NCBI GenBank assembly: GCA_964291495.2
Contig: OZ219871.1
Location: 320,001-384,000, forward strand
Source: Dehalococcoidia bacterium
GTDB taxonomy: Bacteria; Chloroflexota; Dehalococcoidia; UBA2979
Direction of reading: 5' to 3'
Length of the DNA stretch: 64,000 nucleotides
The notes under the pieces: model-generated
The model's input: the letters and a program-made list of their open reading frames with translations, nothing else
Database searches by the model: none
What the model was told of the DNA's origin: nothing
Position numbers and translations under genes: made by a program
Shown: piece by piece, positions 1 through 9,705 of the stretch
Numbering within the stretch: position 1 is the stretch's first letter
How the letters are laid out: every line of letters starts with the position of its first letter

Positions 1-757
1 ACTCCAGCTCCTCGAGCACCAGCGTGCCCGCGCCCTCGGCGAGCACGAAGCCGTCGCGCTTGAGGTCGAAGGGGCGCGAGGCGTGCTCGGGGTCGTCGTT
101 GCGCTGCGTGGAGAGTGCGCGCGAGGCGTGGAAGGAGGCGAGGCCCATGCGCGTCACGCAGGCGTCGCTGCCGCCGGTGATCATCGCGAGGGCGTCCCCG
201 CGGCGGATCACCTCGAGCGCGGTGCCGATCGCGTCGGCGCCGGAGGCGCAGGCGGAGACGGTGTTGTAGTTCGGCCCGCGCGCGCCGTAGCGGATCGAGA
301 CCTGGCCGGCGGCCATGTCCGGGATGAAGGCAGGCACGAGGAAGGGCGAGATGCGGCTCGGCCCCTTCTCGAACATCACCTTGAACTGGTCCTCGAGCCA
401 GGTGAGGCCGCCCATGCCCGAGCCGATCATCGCCCCGACCTCGTCGGCGATCGGCGCGATGTCCAGCCCCGACTGTTCGAGGGCGTCCTGCGTGGCGGCG
501 ATCGAGATCTGGACGAAGCGGTCCATGCGCCGCGCGTCCTTGCGGTCCATGAAGTCGAGCGGGTTGAAGTCGGGCGCCTCGCCGGCGATGCGCGAACCGA
601 GGTCCGAGGCGTCGCAGAGCGTGACCGGCCCGATGCCATTCTCGCCCGCGAGCAGCGCGTCCCACGTGGCCTCGCGGCCGATGCCGACGGCAGTGACGAG
701 GCCGATGCCGGTTACGGCGACGCGGCGCGGTTCCGTCTGGCCCGCTCCCTCAGCCAT
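1..757 (-). CDS. fabF: beta-ketoacyl-ACP synthase II, copy 1 (runs off the left edge)
   Basis: Hand translation from ATG 757: MAEGAGQTEPRRVAVTGIGLV...NTVSACASGADAIG...SRPFDLKRDGFVLAEGAG. The ATG overlaps the TGA of the upstream fabF (TGATG). Not in the ORF track because it is truncated. Confidence 0.93.
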   Translation of the reverse strand, partial: MAEGAGQTEPRRVAVTGIGLVTAVGIGREATWDALLAGENGIGPVTLCDASDLGSRIAGEAPDFNPLDFMDRKDARRMDRFVQISIAATQDALEQSGLDIAPIADEVGAMIGSGMGGLTWLEDQFKVMFEKGPSRISPFLVPAFIPDMAAGQVSIRYGARGPNYNTVSACASGADAIGTALEVIRRGDALAMITGGSDACVTRMGLASFHASRALSTQRNDDPEHASRPFDLKRDGFVLAEGAGTLVLEELE

Positions 758-2016
758 CACGCACCCTCCCAGCGCCCGAAGAGCAGGACCGAATTGTGCC
801 CGCCGAGGCCAACCGAGGTGCTCATCGCGTGTCGCACCTCCATCGGCCGCGCCTCGTTCGGGACATAGTCGAGGTCGCACTCCGGGTCAGGCGTACGATA
901 GTTGATTGTAGGCGGTGCGATCTGCCGATCACAGGCGAGGACCGCGACTGCCGCCTCCACCGCGCCCGCCGCGCCCATCATGTGCCCCAGCATCGACTTC
1001 GTCGAGGAGACCGCGATGCGGTCCGCATCCTCGCCGAAGACGGTGCGGATCGCCAGCGTCTCGACGCGGTCGTTGAGCGGCGTGCTCGTCCCGTGCGCGT
1101 TGAGGTAGTCGACCTCGTCCGTCGCCACGCCGGTTTCGGCGAGTACCTGCTGCATCGCGCGCACGATACCGCGGCCGTCATCGGCGGCGGCGGCCATGTC
1201 GAAGGCGTCGCTGGCCGTGGCCGCGCCCTCCCACTCGGCGTAGATGCGCGCGCCGCGCGCAAGCGCGTGCTCGAGCTCCTCGAGGATCAGCACGCTGGCG
1301 CCCTCGGAGATGACGAAGCCGTTGCGCTCGGCGTCGAACGGCCGCGAGGCCTGCGTGGGGTCGTCGTGCACGGCGAGGGCGCGCATCGCCTGGAAGCCGG
1401 CGTAGTAGATCGGCTTCAGCGGCGCCTCGAAGCCACCGGCGACGATCACATCGGCAGCGCCGCGGCGGATCATCTCCGCCGCCTCGCCGACGGCCGCGCC
1501 GCCCGTCGCGCAGGCGGCGGTGACGGCGAAGTTGGGGCCGCCTGCGCCCAGCGCGATCGAGACGAGGCCGGAGGCCGTGTCCGGCAGCATGTTGGTGATC
1601 AGGAACGGGCTCACCCGTCGCGGCCCCCGGTCGTCCAGCACCTGCTGGTTCTCGACGATCAGGTGCGCCCCGCCGATGCCCGTCCCCAGTACGATGCCGA
1701 CGCTGCCGGGAGGCTGGCTCTCCAGGTCGAGCTGCGCATCCTGCACCGCCTGCTTCGAGGCGGCGATCGCCAGCACCGAGGAGCGGTCGATGCGCCTCGC
1801 GAGCTTCGGGTCCGCGTGCTGGGCGGGGTCGAAGCCCCGCAGCTCACCGGCGATCGGGCACTCGAAGGCGGACGTGTCGAAGGCGGTGATCGGGGCGATC
1901 CCGGAGCGGCCAGCGATCATGCCGTCCCAGGTCGACTCGGTGTCGAGCCCGAGGGGCGTGAGCAGCCCCAGGCCCGTGACCGCAACCCGGCGCGGCGCCT
2001 GGGCGATCGGCGTCAT
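757..2016 (-). CDS. fabF: beta-ketoacyl-ACP synthase II, copy 2
   Basis: RRVAVTGLG N-terminus, catalytic AACATG, NAHGTST and STKSMLGHMMGAAG motifs. Confidence 0.93.
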   Translation of the reverse strand: MTPIAQAPRRVAVTGLGLLTPLGLDTESTWDGMIAGRSGIAPITAFDTSAFECPIAGELRGFDPAQHADPKLARRIDRSSVLAIAASKQAVQDAQLDLESQPPGSVGIVLGTGIGGAHLIVENQQVLDDRGPRRVSPFLITNMLPDTASGLVSIALGAGGPNFAVTAACATGGAAVGEAAEMIRRGAADVIVAGGFEAPLKPIYYAGFQAMRALAVHDDPTQASRPFDAERNGFVISEGASVLILEELEHALARGARIYAEWEGAATASDAFDMAAAADDGRGIVRAMQQVLAETGVATDEVDYLNAHGTSTPLNDRVETLAIRTVFGEDADRIAVSSTKSMLGHMMGAAGAVEAAVAVLACDRQIAPPTINYRTPDPECDLDYVPNEARPMEVRHAMSTSVGLGGHNSVLLFGRWEGA

Positions 2017-3023
2017 CAGGTCTGAGGCGCCTCGAGCGCGTCCGGCGGCAGCACAGAGATCGGGATCGGCTCCACCTCCGCGTCGTCGAGCGAGACGGCG
2101 ACCACGCGGTTCGAGATGCGGCGCACCATGCGCGAGAGCACGTGCCCGGGCCCGACCTCGATGAAGGTCTGCACGCCCTGGTTCGTCATCTCGCGCACGT
2201 TGCCTTCCCAGAAGACCGGCGCGCGCAGCTGCTCGGAGAACTCCTCGCGCAGCTCCGCGGCGGTGCGCAGCGGGCGCGAGGTGCGGTTGGAGACGATCGG
2301 CCGCACAGGGTCGCTGATCGGCACGCCCTTGATGATCGCCGCGAACTCCTCGGCCTGTTCGTTGTGCAGCGGGGTGTGGCTGGAGACCTTCACCTTGAGG
2401 CGGATCACGCGGCCCTGAAGCTCGCGTGCGCGCTCCATCGCGCGCTCGAGGGCGGAGACATCGCCGCTGATCACCGTCTGCGTCTGCAAGTTGTGGTTGG
2501 CGATGTCGACGCGGTCCGCGAGAGAGCGCGTCGCGCCCTCGCAGATCTCCTCCACCAGCTCACCATCGAGGCCGATGATCGAGGCCATCCCGACGGGGCG
2601 GCCCTCGTTGAAACTGCTCATCAGGCGCGAGCGTTCCAGCACCACCAGCAGCGCGTCACGGAAGGTCAGCGCCTCGCTGGCGACGGCGGCGCCGAACAGG
2701 CCCAGCGAGTGGCCGCCGAAGAGGCGCGGCTGGATTGAGCGCCGTACCTCGGTCAGCTTCTCCCGCATGCTGCGGAAGATCGCGGTGGAGGTGGTCAGCA
2801 CCGCGGGCTGCGTGAAGCGCGTCTCCGCCAGCTCGTCGGCGTCGCCCTCGAAGCAGACGCGCGCGACGTCGATGCCGGTGACGTCGCTCGCCTCCTCGAA
2901 GGCGAGGCGCGCCTCGGCCGAGTGCTCGTGCACGAGGCGGCCCATGCCGGGCGACTGGGAGCCCTGGCCGGGGAAGACGATCGCGACCGGATCGTGGCCC
3001 ACGGAGCTAGCACTGCTGGTCAT
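2016..3023 (-). CDS. fabD: malonyl-CoA:ACP transacylase-like acyltransferase
   Basis: FPGQGSQ, TQPA, GHSLG nucleophile, EVGPG; coupled to fabF. Confidence 0.9.
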   Translation of the reverse strand: MTSSASSVGHDPVAIVFPGQGSQSPGMGRLVHEHSAEARLAFEEASDVTGIDVARVCFEGDADELAETRFTQPAVLTTSTAIFRSMREKLTEVRRSIQPRLFGGHSLGLFGAAVASEALTFRDALLVVLERSRLMSSFNEGRPVGMASIIGLDGELVEEICEGATRSLADRVDIANHNLQTQTVISGDVSALERAMERARELQGRVIRLKVKVSSHTPLHNEQAEEFAAIIKGVPISDPVRPIVSNRTSRPLRTAAELREEFSEQLRAPVFWEGNVREMTNQGVQTFIEVGPGHVLSRMVRRISNRVVAVSLDDAEVEPIPISVLPPDALEAPQT

Positions 3024-3166
3024 GGCGTTCGCTCGATCCTCACGTACGGCCGCCCGCGAGCGGTCCTGCGTTGCCCGTGCAGCAGCCGTGGAGTCGGGTC
3101 GGTCATCACCGCTGGACGCCCCCCTCGCGGTTCGATTCCGCCACCGCGCCCACGCGTGTCCGGGAC

Positions 3167-3197
3167 ATGGTAGAGGTTACCTGCCTCTGCCCGTCAA
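3167..3197 (-). promoter_or_regulatory. putative fabD-fabF-fabF promoter with a dyad in a 19-bp spacer
   Basis: Minus strand TTGACG (3197-3192), 19 bp, TACCAT (3172-3167); inverted repeat AGAGG-N7-CCTCT at 3172-3188. Confidence 0.5.
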
Positions 3198-3231
3198 GCG
3201 CATCGCGTACGGCCTCGTGAGGATTGTGCAA

Positions 3232-4800
3232 CTAGCCGTCGAGCGCCTTGCGCGTATCGGGCAGCGCGCGCAGCAAGTCCTGCGCGATCGCCGTCGAGGC
3301 GCCGACCGCCGACTCCAGCTGGCGCCCGCACTCGGTGTGCAGGTAAACACCCGTCGCAGCCGCGTCGTAGGGGTCCATTCCCTGCGCGATCAGCGAGACG
3401 ATGAAGCCCGCCAGCACGTCGCCGGTCCCGGCCGTCGCGAGGACGGCGCTGGCAAACTCGGAGAGCCGTGCCCGCCCATCCGGGTGCGCCACGATCGTGC
3501 CCGCCCCCTTGAGCACCACCACGCTGCCCGTGCGCTGCGCGTACTCCGTGGCGGCAGTGAGCCGGTCCGACTGCACCTCGTCGACGCTCGTACCCAGCAG
3601 CCGGGCCATCTCGCCCGGGTGCGGCGTGAGCACGCGAGGCATCTCGATCCCCTCGTGCCAGCCCGGGATCTCCGAGAGTGCGTTCAGCGCGTCCGCGTCG
3701 ATCACCACGGCCTGCAAGCCCGCGACGGCGTCGACGCCGTCGAGCACGCCTCGGACGAAGTCGACCGTGCCCGGCGAGTTCGTGAGGCCGGGGCCGATCA
3801 GCAGCGCCTCGCGGCCCTCGAGGGCGGCCAGCAGCTCGGCAGACGAGCCGCCGTCGGCGCCCCCGTTGGCGCCCCCGCCCGCCGGCAGCGGGTGGTGCGT
3901 GATCTCCGGCGACATACCGGCGAACAGCGGCTGGATCGACTCCGGCGCGGCCAGCACGATCAGGCCGGCTCCGGCGCGCAGCGCCGACTCCGAGGCGAGC
4001 CGCGCCGCGCCGGGGTAGAACTTCGAGCCGGCCGCGATGACGGCGGCGCCGAAGGTGCCCTTGTGTGCGTCGTCGGAGCGGAACGGCATCAGCGGCTGGA
4101 GATCGCGCATCCGGATCTCCTCGTAGGGGAGACCCTCCTCCGCGTCCTCGGGCAGCCCGATCTCGACGGGGGCGATTGTGCCGGCTATCGCGCGGGCAGG
4201 CATCGCGAACAGGCCGACCTTGGCGAAGCCGAGCGCAACCGTCGTGTCCGCGCGCACCACCGCCGGGTCCGCCATGCCCGTGTCCGGGTTCACGCCCGAC
4301 GGCACGTCGACCGCCACGAGATGCGGGCGAAGGGTGCGGTCGGCGCGCGCGTCGGCGAGGCGGTCGAGCACCTCCTTGATCGCGCCATCGATCGGGCGGC
4401 TCAGTCCGGTGCCGAGCAGCGCGTCGACGATGCCCTGCGCGCCGCGCATCGCCTGCACGAGTTGCTCGCAGCCGGGATCGTCCGCCGCCGAGAGCACCTC
4501 GATCTCCGCATCGATGACGCGCTGCAGTAGCGGATCGTCGGCCGGGCGGTCGCCCACGAGGTAGACGGCGGACTCGGCGCCCCAATCCTTGAGGCTCACG
4601 GCAGCGACGAGTCCGTCGCCGCCGTTGGAGCCCGGCCCCACGAGGACGATCGCAGTGCGGCCCTCGACGGCGCCCATGTTGATCCAGGTCTCCTGGGCGA
4701 CGGCGACGCCCGCCGCCTCCATCAGCTCCGCCTCGCTCGTGCCCGCCGCGACGGCGGCCGCCTCCAGGGCGCGCATCTGCTCGACCGTGACCAGCTTCAT
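3232..4800 (-). CDS. nnr: bifunctional NAD(P)HX epimerase/dehydratase (YjeF)
   Basis: GPGSNGGDG, DALLGTG, AVDVPSG, HKGTFG, VIDADAL, LTPHPGE, LATAGTGDVLAG. Confidence 0.95.
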   Translation of the reverse strand: MKLVTVEQMRALEAAAVAAGTSEAELMEAAGVAVAQETWINMGAVEGRTAIVLVGPGSNGGDGLVAAVSLKDWGAESAVYLVGDRPADDPLLQRVIDAEIEVLSAADDPGCEQLVQAMRGAQGIVDALLGTGLSRPIDGAIKEVLDRLADARADRTLRPHLVAVDVPSGVNPDTGMADPAVVRADTTVALGFAKVGLFAMPARAIAGTIAPVEIGLPEDAEEGLPYEEIRMRDLQPLMPFRSDDAHKGTFGAAVIAAGSKFYPGAARLASESALRAGAGLIVLAAPESIQPLFAGMSPEITHHPLPAGGGANGGADGGSSAELLAALEGREALLIGPGLTNSPGTVDFVRGVLDGVDAVAGLQAVVIDADALNALSEIPGWHEGIEMPRVLTPHPGEMARLLGTSVDEVQSDRLTAATEYAQRTGSVVVLKGAGTIVAHPDGRARLSEFASAVLATAGTGDVLAGFIVSLIAQGMDPYDAAATGVYLHTECGRQLESAVGASTAIAQDLLRALPDTRKALDG

Positions 4801-4836
4801 GGGTGTGTCCCCTCGTTGCGCCCTCGCGCGTCCGGC

Positions 4837-5280
4837 CTACTGTAGCCGCCCCGAGGCCCTGAGCCGCTCGACGAGCCTCGCGCGCGCGACATCGTGCTCC
4901 TGCTCGCGGCGCTCCTGCGCGGAGACCACGACGGCAACCGCGAAGTCGGCGAGGTGGCTGAGCGAGATGTCGATCGCGTGCAGCCCAATCGCTTCCGCGC
5001 GCGCCTCGGCGCCTCCGTAGAGGTAGACGAGCGGCTTGCCGCGCCGGTCCGGGAGCACCTCGATGTCGCGCCAGGCGACTGAGCGCGCGCCCGTGCCGAG
5101 CGCCTTCATCACCGCCTCCTTCGCCGCGAAGCGGGCTGCCAGCTCCGGCACGCGGCCCCGGCAGAACGCAACTTCCTCGGGCGTGTAGACGCGATCGAGG
5201 AAGCGGCGAGGGTGACGCTGCAGAACGCGCGCGACGCGGCTAATCTCGATCATGTCGACGCCGACGGCGTGCGTACTCAC
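4837..5280 (-). CDS. acpS: holo-ACP synthase
   Basis: GVDMIEI, AARFAAKEAVMKALG, ISLSH; GTG 5280 taken as the start (ORF track 5298). Confidence 0.93.
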   Translation of the reverse strand: MSTHAVGVDMIEISRVARVLQRHPRRFLDRVYTPEEVAFCRGRVPELAARFAAKEAVMKALGTGARSVAWRDIEVLPDRRGKPLVYLYGGAEARAEAIGLHAIDISLSHLADFAVAVVVSAQERREQEHDVARARLVERLRASGRLQ

Positions 5281-5337
5281 GGCGCGCGATTCTAGCACGC
5301 GAGGGCCGCTATACTCTCAGCCCGTGAGGGTGCATCC

Positions 5338-6216
5338 ATGACCGCCGAGCGAATCGACGGCGCCGCAATCGCCGCGGCGATCCGCGGCGAGGTCGCCGAC
5401 CGCGTGCGCGCGCACGTCGCCGGCGGCGGCGCGACGCCGCAACTGACCGCCGTCCTCGTCGGCGACGACCCCGCCTCGGCCACCTACGTCCGCAACAAGG
5501 CGCGCGCCTGCGAGGAGGTCGGCCTCGAGGCGCAGACGCTCACCCCGCCCGCCGACATCTCCCAGGACGAGCTGCTGGAGATCGTGCGCGGGCTCAACGC
5601 CGACCCCGTGGTTTCGGGCGTCCTTGTGCAACTCCCGCTCCCGCCGCAGCTCGACGAGCGAGTGATCACCGAGGCCGTCGACCCCGCGAAGGACGTGGAC
5701 GGGCTGCACCCGGTCAACCTCGGGCGGCTCGTGCAGGGCGAGCCGCACCTGGTGCCCGCGACACCGGCGGGCGTGCAGCAGCTGCTGCTGCGCACGGGCG
5801 TGGACCCGGCGGGCAAGCGCGTCGTCGTCGTCGGCCGCTCGACGCTGGTCGGCAAGCCGCTGGCGCTGCTGCTCGGGCAGAAGGCGGAGGGTGCGAACGC
5901 GACGGTCACGCTGGCGCACACCGGCACGAGCGACCTCGGCGCCGTCACCCGCGAGGCCGAGATCCTGGTCGTCGCGGCGGGCTGGCCCAACACCGTGACG
6001 GCGGAGATGGTGCGGCCGGGCGCGGTCGTCATCGACGTCGGCACGAACCGCGTCGACGACGCCACGCGCAAGCGTGGCTGGCGCCTCGCCGGCGACGTTG
6101 ACTTCGCGGGCGTCTCGGAAGTGGCGGCGGCGATCACGCCGGTCCCCGGCGGCGTCGGCCCGATGACCATCGCGATGCTGCTCGTCAACACGCTGCGGGC
6201 CGCGGGGGTGGCGTAG
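5338..6216 (+). CDS. folD: methylenetetrahydrofolate dehydrogenase/cyclohydrolase
   Basis: YVRNK, VQLPLP, KDVDGLHP, GRSTLVGKP, TPVPGGVGPMTIAML. Confidence 0.96.
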   Translation: MTAERIDGAAIAAAIRGEVADRVRAHVAGGGATPQLTAVLVGDDPASATYVRNKARACEEVGLEAQTLTPPADISQDELLEIVRGLNADPVVSGVLVQLPLPPQLDERVITEAVDPAKDVDGLHPVNLGRLVQGEPHLVPATPAGVQQLLLRTGVDPAGKRVVVVGRSTLVGKPLALLLGQKAEGANATVTLAHTGTSDLGAVTREAEILVVAAGWPNTVTAEMVRPGAVVIDVGTNRVDDATRKRGWRLAGDVDFAGVSEVAAAITPVPGGVGPMTIAMLLVNTLRAAGVA

Positions 6217-6249
6217 GGCCTACACTGGGGTGGTGTCGGGAGGTCCGTC

Positions 6250-7104
6250 GTGGGCGCCTTCGATGCCGCTCCCCACGTGTTCTCGTTCCTCAATGGCGTC
6301 GGACCCGACAGCCCAAGCGAGTACTGGATCGTATTTCAGTCGCTCGGCGCGATCGCTCTCGCAATACTGCTTCCGCTGCACTTCGCGCTGACACTCCCTG
6401 TGGTCGCACTCAGCAAGAGACTCCTGGGACGACATCAGAAGCTGGCCTGGACGCCGCTGGCGAACGCGCGCCTGCTCGCCGGGCTGGCGCGAAACCGCAC
6501 CGAGTTCAGCAGCAGTTGGAGTTCCTCGCTGCTGCTTGTCCTCTCTGGCCTGCTGATGGTCTGCCTCGCCCTGATTGCGATCGCGTGGGCGTTCATCATC
6601 AATCCAGGCGGCACTTCGCAGCTTTCTCTTCACTACGCGCTAGCTACGGCGCTGGGGCTCATATTCGCGCCCGCCGTCCTGGTGAACATCCATGGATGTG
6701 TCGTGCTTGGCCTGAGCCGCGTTTGGCCGTTCGCCCACCGCGGCGCGTCTGGTCAGGACCTGCTCACCGGAAGCGAAGGGGTCTCAACGTTGGCGTTCGC
6801 TCTCGCGCTCATCATCGCCATCCAACTGGCTTCCGGGATTCTCTTCCTGATGTATCTCCAGTACGAGAATCTCATCGTGTTCGTGTTCCTGTTTCCACTG
6901 GGGGTTGCAGGCCTGGTATTCCTTGCGGGGTTCGCCTGGCTGTTCGCGCTCGGGTGGACGTGGATGGCGCTGGCGCGCTCGACCGGCCAACCCGAGTGGC
7001 TCGGATGGTTGGCTGCAATCCCGCTCGTCGGTGTGATTCCGCAGTGGGCGATCGCGCAGGGAGCGCCGCAGCGCGCTCCTCCGAGCCGCGACCTCACCTC
7101 CTGA
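6250..7104 (+). CDS. multi-pass membrane protein (DUF5684-like ends), lower GC than its neighbours
   Basis: About 7 hydrophobic segments; LAWTPLAN and ALARSTGQPEWLGWLAAIPLVG motifs; many A/T-ending codons. Confidence 0.7.
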   Translation: MGAFDAAPHVFSFLNGVGPDSPSEYWIVFQSLGAIALAILLPLHFALTLPVVALSKRLLGRHQKLAWTPLANARLLAGLARNRTEFSSSWSSSLLLVLSGLLMVCLALIAIAWAFIINPGGTSQLSLHYALATALGLIFAPAVLVNIHGCVVLGLSRVWPFAHRGASGQDLLTGSEGVSTLAFALALIIAIQLASGILFLMYLQYENLIVFVFLFPLGVAGLVFLAGFAWLFALGWTWMALARSTGQPEWLGWLAAIPLVGVIPQWAIAQGAPQRAPPSRDLTS

Positions 7105-7143
7105 CCCTTCGCGCTCTGCGCCCGCGCGTGCGAAGATCGAGGC

Positions 7144-8272
7144 ATGGACGACCTGAGGCAGCGCCTGGCCGAACTCCTCGAGCGCGTGCGGGATGTGCAG
7201 GTGCGCCTTTGACCTGCCCGCTCGCGAGCGCGAGCTGACCGAGGCTCGCACGCAGGCCGCCGCCCCCGACCTCTGGGACGACTCCGAACGCGCACAGGCG
7301 CTGATGAAGCGCGTCGCCCGCCTCGAACGGCAGGTCGAGACCTGGCGCTCGCTCGAACGGCGCTCCGCGGACCTCGCCGACCTCGTGGAGCTCGCCGACG
7401 AGACCGAGGGCGAGGACCACGACGCGCTCGGGCGCGACATCGAGGAGGAGCTGGGCGGGCTCGAGGCGCAGTTCGAGGAGTTGGAGGTCGCGCTCACCCT
7501 CGGCGGGCCCTACGACGACCACAGCGCCGTGCTGGCGATCCACGCCGGGGCCGGCGGCACCGAGGCGCAGGACTGGGTGGAGATGCTGCTGCGCATGTAC
7601 CTGCGCTGGGCAGAGCGCCACGCGTACCAGACGCAGGTGATGTCGATCTCCTCCGGCGACGAGGCCGGCATCAAGTCCGTCTCGATCCGCGTCGGCGGCG
7701 ACGACGCCTACGGGCTGCTGCGCTCCGAGCGCGGCGTGCACCGGCTGGTGCGCATCTCGCCCTTCGACGCCTCGAACTCGCGCCACACCAGCTTCGCCCT
7801 CGTCGAGGTGATGCCGGAGGCGCAGGACGAGGACATCGAGATCGAGATCCGGCCCGAGGAGCTGCGCGTCGACACCTACCGCGCGAGCGGCCACGGCGGC
7901 CAGAACGTGCAGAAGAACGACACCGCCGTGCGGCTCACACACCTGCCGACTGGTATCGTGGTGACCTGTCAGAACGAGCGCTCCCAGCTGCGTAACCGCG
8001 AGGCCGCCATGCAGGTGCTGCGTTCCCGTCTACTCGAGATCGAGTTGGAGAAGCGCGAGGCGGAACTCGCCCGCCTCAAAGGCGATCACGTGCAGCCCGG
8101 CTGGGGCAACCAGATCCGCTCCTACGTCCTGCACCCCTACCGCATGGCCAAGGACCTCCGCACCAACCTCGAGACCAGCGACACCAACGCCGTCCTCGAC
8201 GGCGAGATCGATGGCTTCATCCACGCCTGGCTGCGCGAGCAGGTGGGCGTCGCCGAGCCCGGAGGAAACTGA
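7144..8272 (+). CDS. prfB: peptide chain release factor 2 with programmed +1 frameshift
   Basis: ATG 7144 reads MDDLRQRLAELLERVRDVQVRL then CTT TGA C (7207-7213); the +1 frame carries SPF and GHGGQNV motifs. Confidence 0.96.
7199..7213 (+). promoter_or_regulatory. RF2 autoregulatory frameshift cassette
   Basis: Internal SD-like AGGTG three nucleotides before CTT TGA C. Confidence 0.9.
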
Positions 8273-9699
8273 TGTCGCCCGCGCGATTGCTGCAGGCCGT
8301 GCGGAACTGCTCGCTGCTCGCGGCGCTCGCGCTCGGCCTCGCGCTCGCCTGGCCAGCCATCGCGGACGCGGACGGCATCGAGGTGTCCGAGCTGCGCGTG
8401 CGCAGCCCCGATCCAACCGAGATCACGTTCAGCGCCCGCGTCGCCGCGCCGGACGGACTGCAGGAGGCGGAGCTCGTCTACCGCGTGCTGAACCCCAAGG
8501 AGGGCGATGTCGGCGGGAGCGTGGTCCGCGAGGACTTCGCGCCCGGCAGGGAGTTCGACGTCTCGGTCACCCTCGAGACGCGGACCAGCCAGCGCTACAT
8601 CCCGATCGGCTCGCAGTTCCGCTACCACTGGCACCTCACCGGCCCCGACGGATCCAGCGTTGTGACCGAGGAGCAGAGCTATCTCTTCCTCGACGGCCGC
8701 TACCCCTGGGTCTCCGTCCGGGAGGGCGACGTGACGGTCTACTACTACGGCACGGCCCACGAGCGCGCCGAGCGCGTGGCGCAAGCAGCCCGCTCCGCCA
8801 TCGAGGACACCGAGAACCTGCTGCAGGTGAAGGTCCCCTTCCCCGTGCGTGTGATGGTCTGGGCCTCGGAGGAGGACGGCGAGCTGGCGATGCGGTCGCG
8901 CGGCCTGGTCTTCGACGAGCTCGTGCGCACCGGCGGCCAGCGGGTCGGGTCCGATCTGCTGTTCGTGTTCTCGGCGACGATGGACGTCGTGCGCCACGAG
9001 GCGGCGCACATCGTCACCTCGGTCGCGGGCGACGGCCCCTTCACCAGCATCCCCTCGTGGCTGGACGAGGGCACGGCGGTCTACATGCAGAACTCGCAGC
9101 TGGGGTACGACGACGCCATCGCCTTCGCGATCGCGGCGGACCGCACGATCCGGCTGCGCAACATGGAGTCGTCCTCGAACAACCCCAACGAGGTCAACCT
9201 CTTCTACGGCCAGTCCTGGTCGGTGGTCGACTACATGCTCGCGGAGTTCGGCGAGCAACGATTCGCCGAGCTGTACCGCGTGATCCGCGAGGGCGCGACC
9301 ACCGACAGCGGCCTGCAACAGATCTACGGCGTCGACCAGGACGGGCTCTACAACCTCTGGCGCACCGCCAAGGGCCTCGACGCGATCGACTACGCGCCGC
9401 GCATCGAGGCCACCGCCGCCCCGGTCGCCGAGGCGACCCGCGCGCCCCTCGCGATCCCCACCTCGATCGGATCGAGCGGCAGCTCCGGCGACCGCGAGGA
9501 GGCGGCTCCGACCGCGACCCCCGAGTCGGCGGCCCCCGCGGCGACAGCCGCAGCCGAGCCCGAACCGGAGGCTGCGGCGGCGAGCGAGGACGGCGGCGGC
9601 TCGAACACCGTCATCGCCATCGTGATCGCCCTCGTCACGCTGCTGCTGGGTGGCGGGCTCGGCGGCGCCGCCTTCTACATCGCGCGGCGGCCCGGGTAA
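8272..9699 (+). CDS. secreted, C-terminally anchored zinc metallopeptidase (peptidase MA-like)
   Basis: Signal peptide, HEAAH plus PSWLDEG, Ala/Pro/Glu-rich linker, C-terminal TM helix followed by RR. Confidence 0.85.
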   Translation: MSPARLLQAVRNCSLLAALALGLALAWPAIADADGIEVSELRVRSPDPTEITFSARVAAPDGLQEAELVYRVLNPKEGDVGGSVVREDFAPGREFDVSVTLETRTSQRYIPIGSQFRYHWHLTGPDGSSVVTEEQSYLFLDGRYPWVSVREGDVTVYYYGTAHERAERVAQAARSAIEDTENLLQVKVPFPVRVMVWASEEDGELAMRSRGLVFDELVRTGGQRVGSDLLFVFSATMDVVRHEAAHIVTSVAGDGPFTSIPSWLDEGTAVYMQNSQLGYDDAIAFAIAADRTIRLRNMESSSNNPNEVNLFYGQSWSVVDYMLAEFGEQRFAELYRVIREGATTDSGLQQIYGVDQDGLYNLWRTAKGLDAIDYAPRIEATAAPVAEATRAPLAIPTSIGSSGSSGDREEAAPTATPESAAPAATAAAEPEPEAAAASEDGGGSNTVIAIVIALVTLLLGGGLGGAAFYIARRPG

Positions 9700-9705
9700 G
9701 GCAGG

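Noticed and set aside
3058-3152. tRNA-like GCGGTTCGATTCCGC...CCA stretch upstream of fabD
   Set aside because: Has a T-loop mimic, but the T and acceptor stems are mismatched and there is no anticodon stem; probably chance. tRNAscan-SE or ARAGORN would settle it.
7193-7212. prfB as a pseudogene, or starting at the track start 7193
   Set aside because: The in-frame TGA is the conserved programmed frameshift site.
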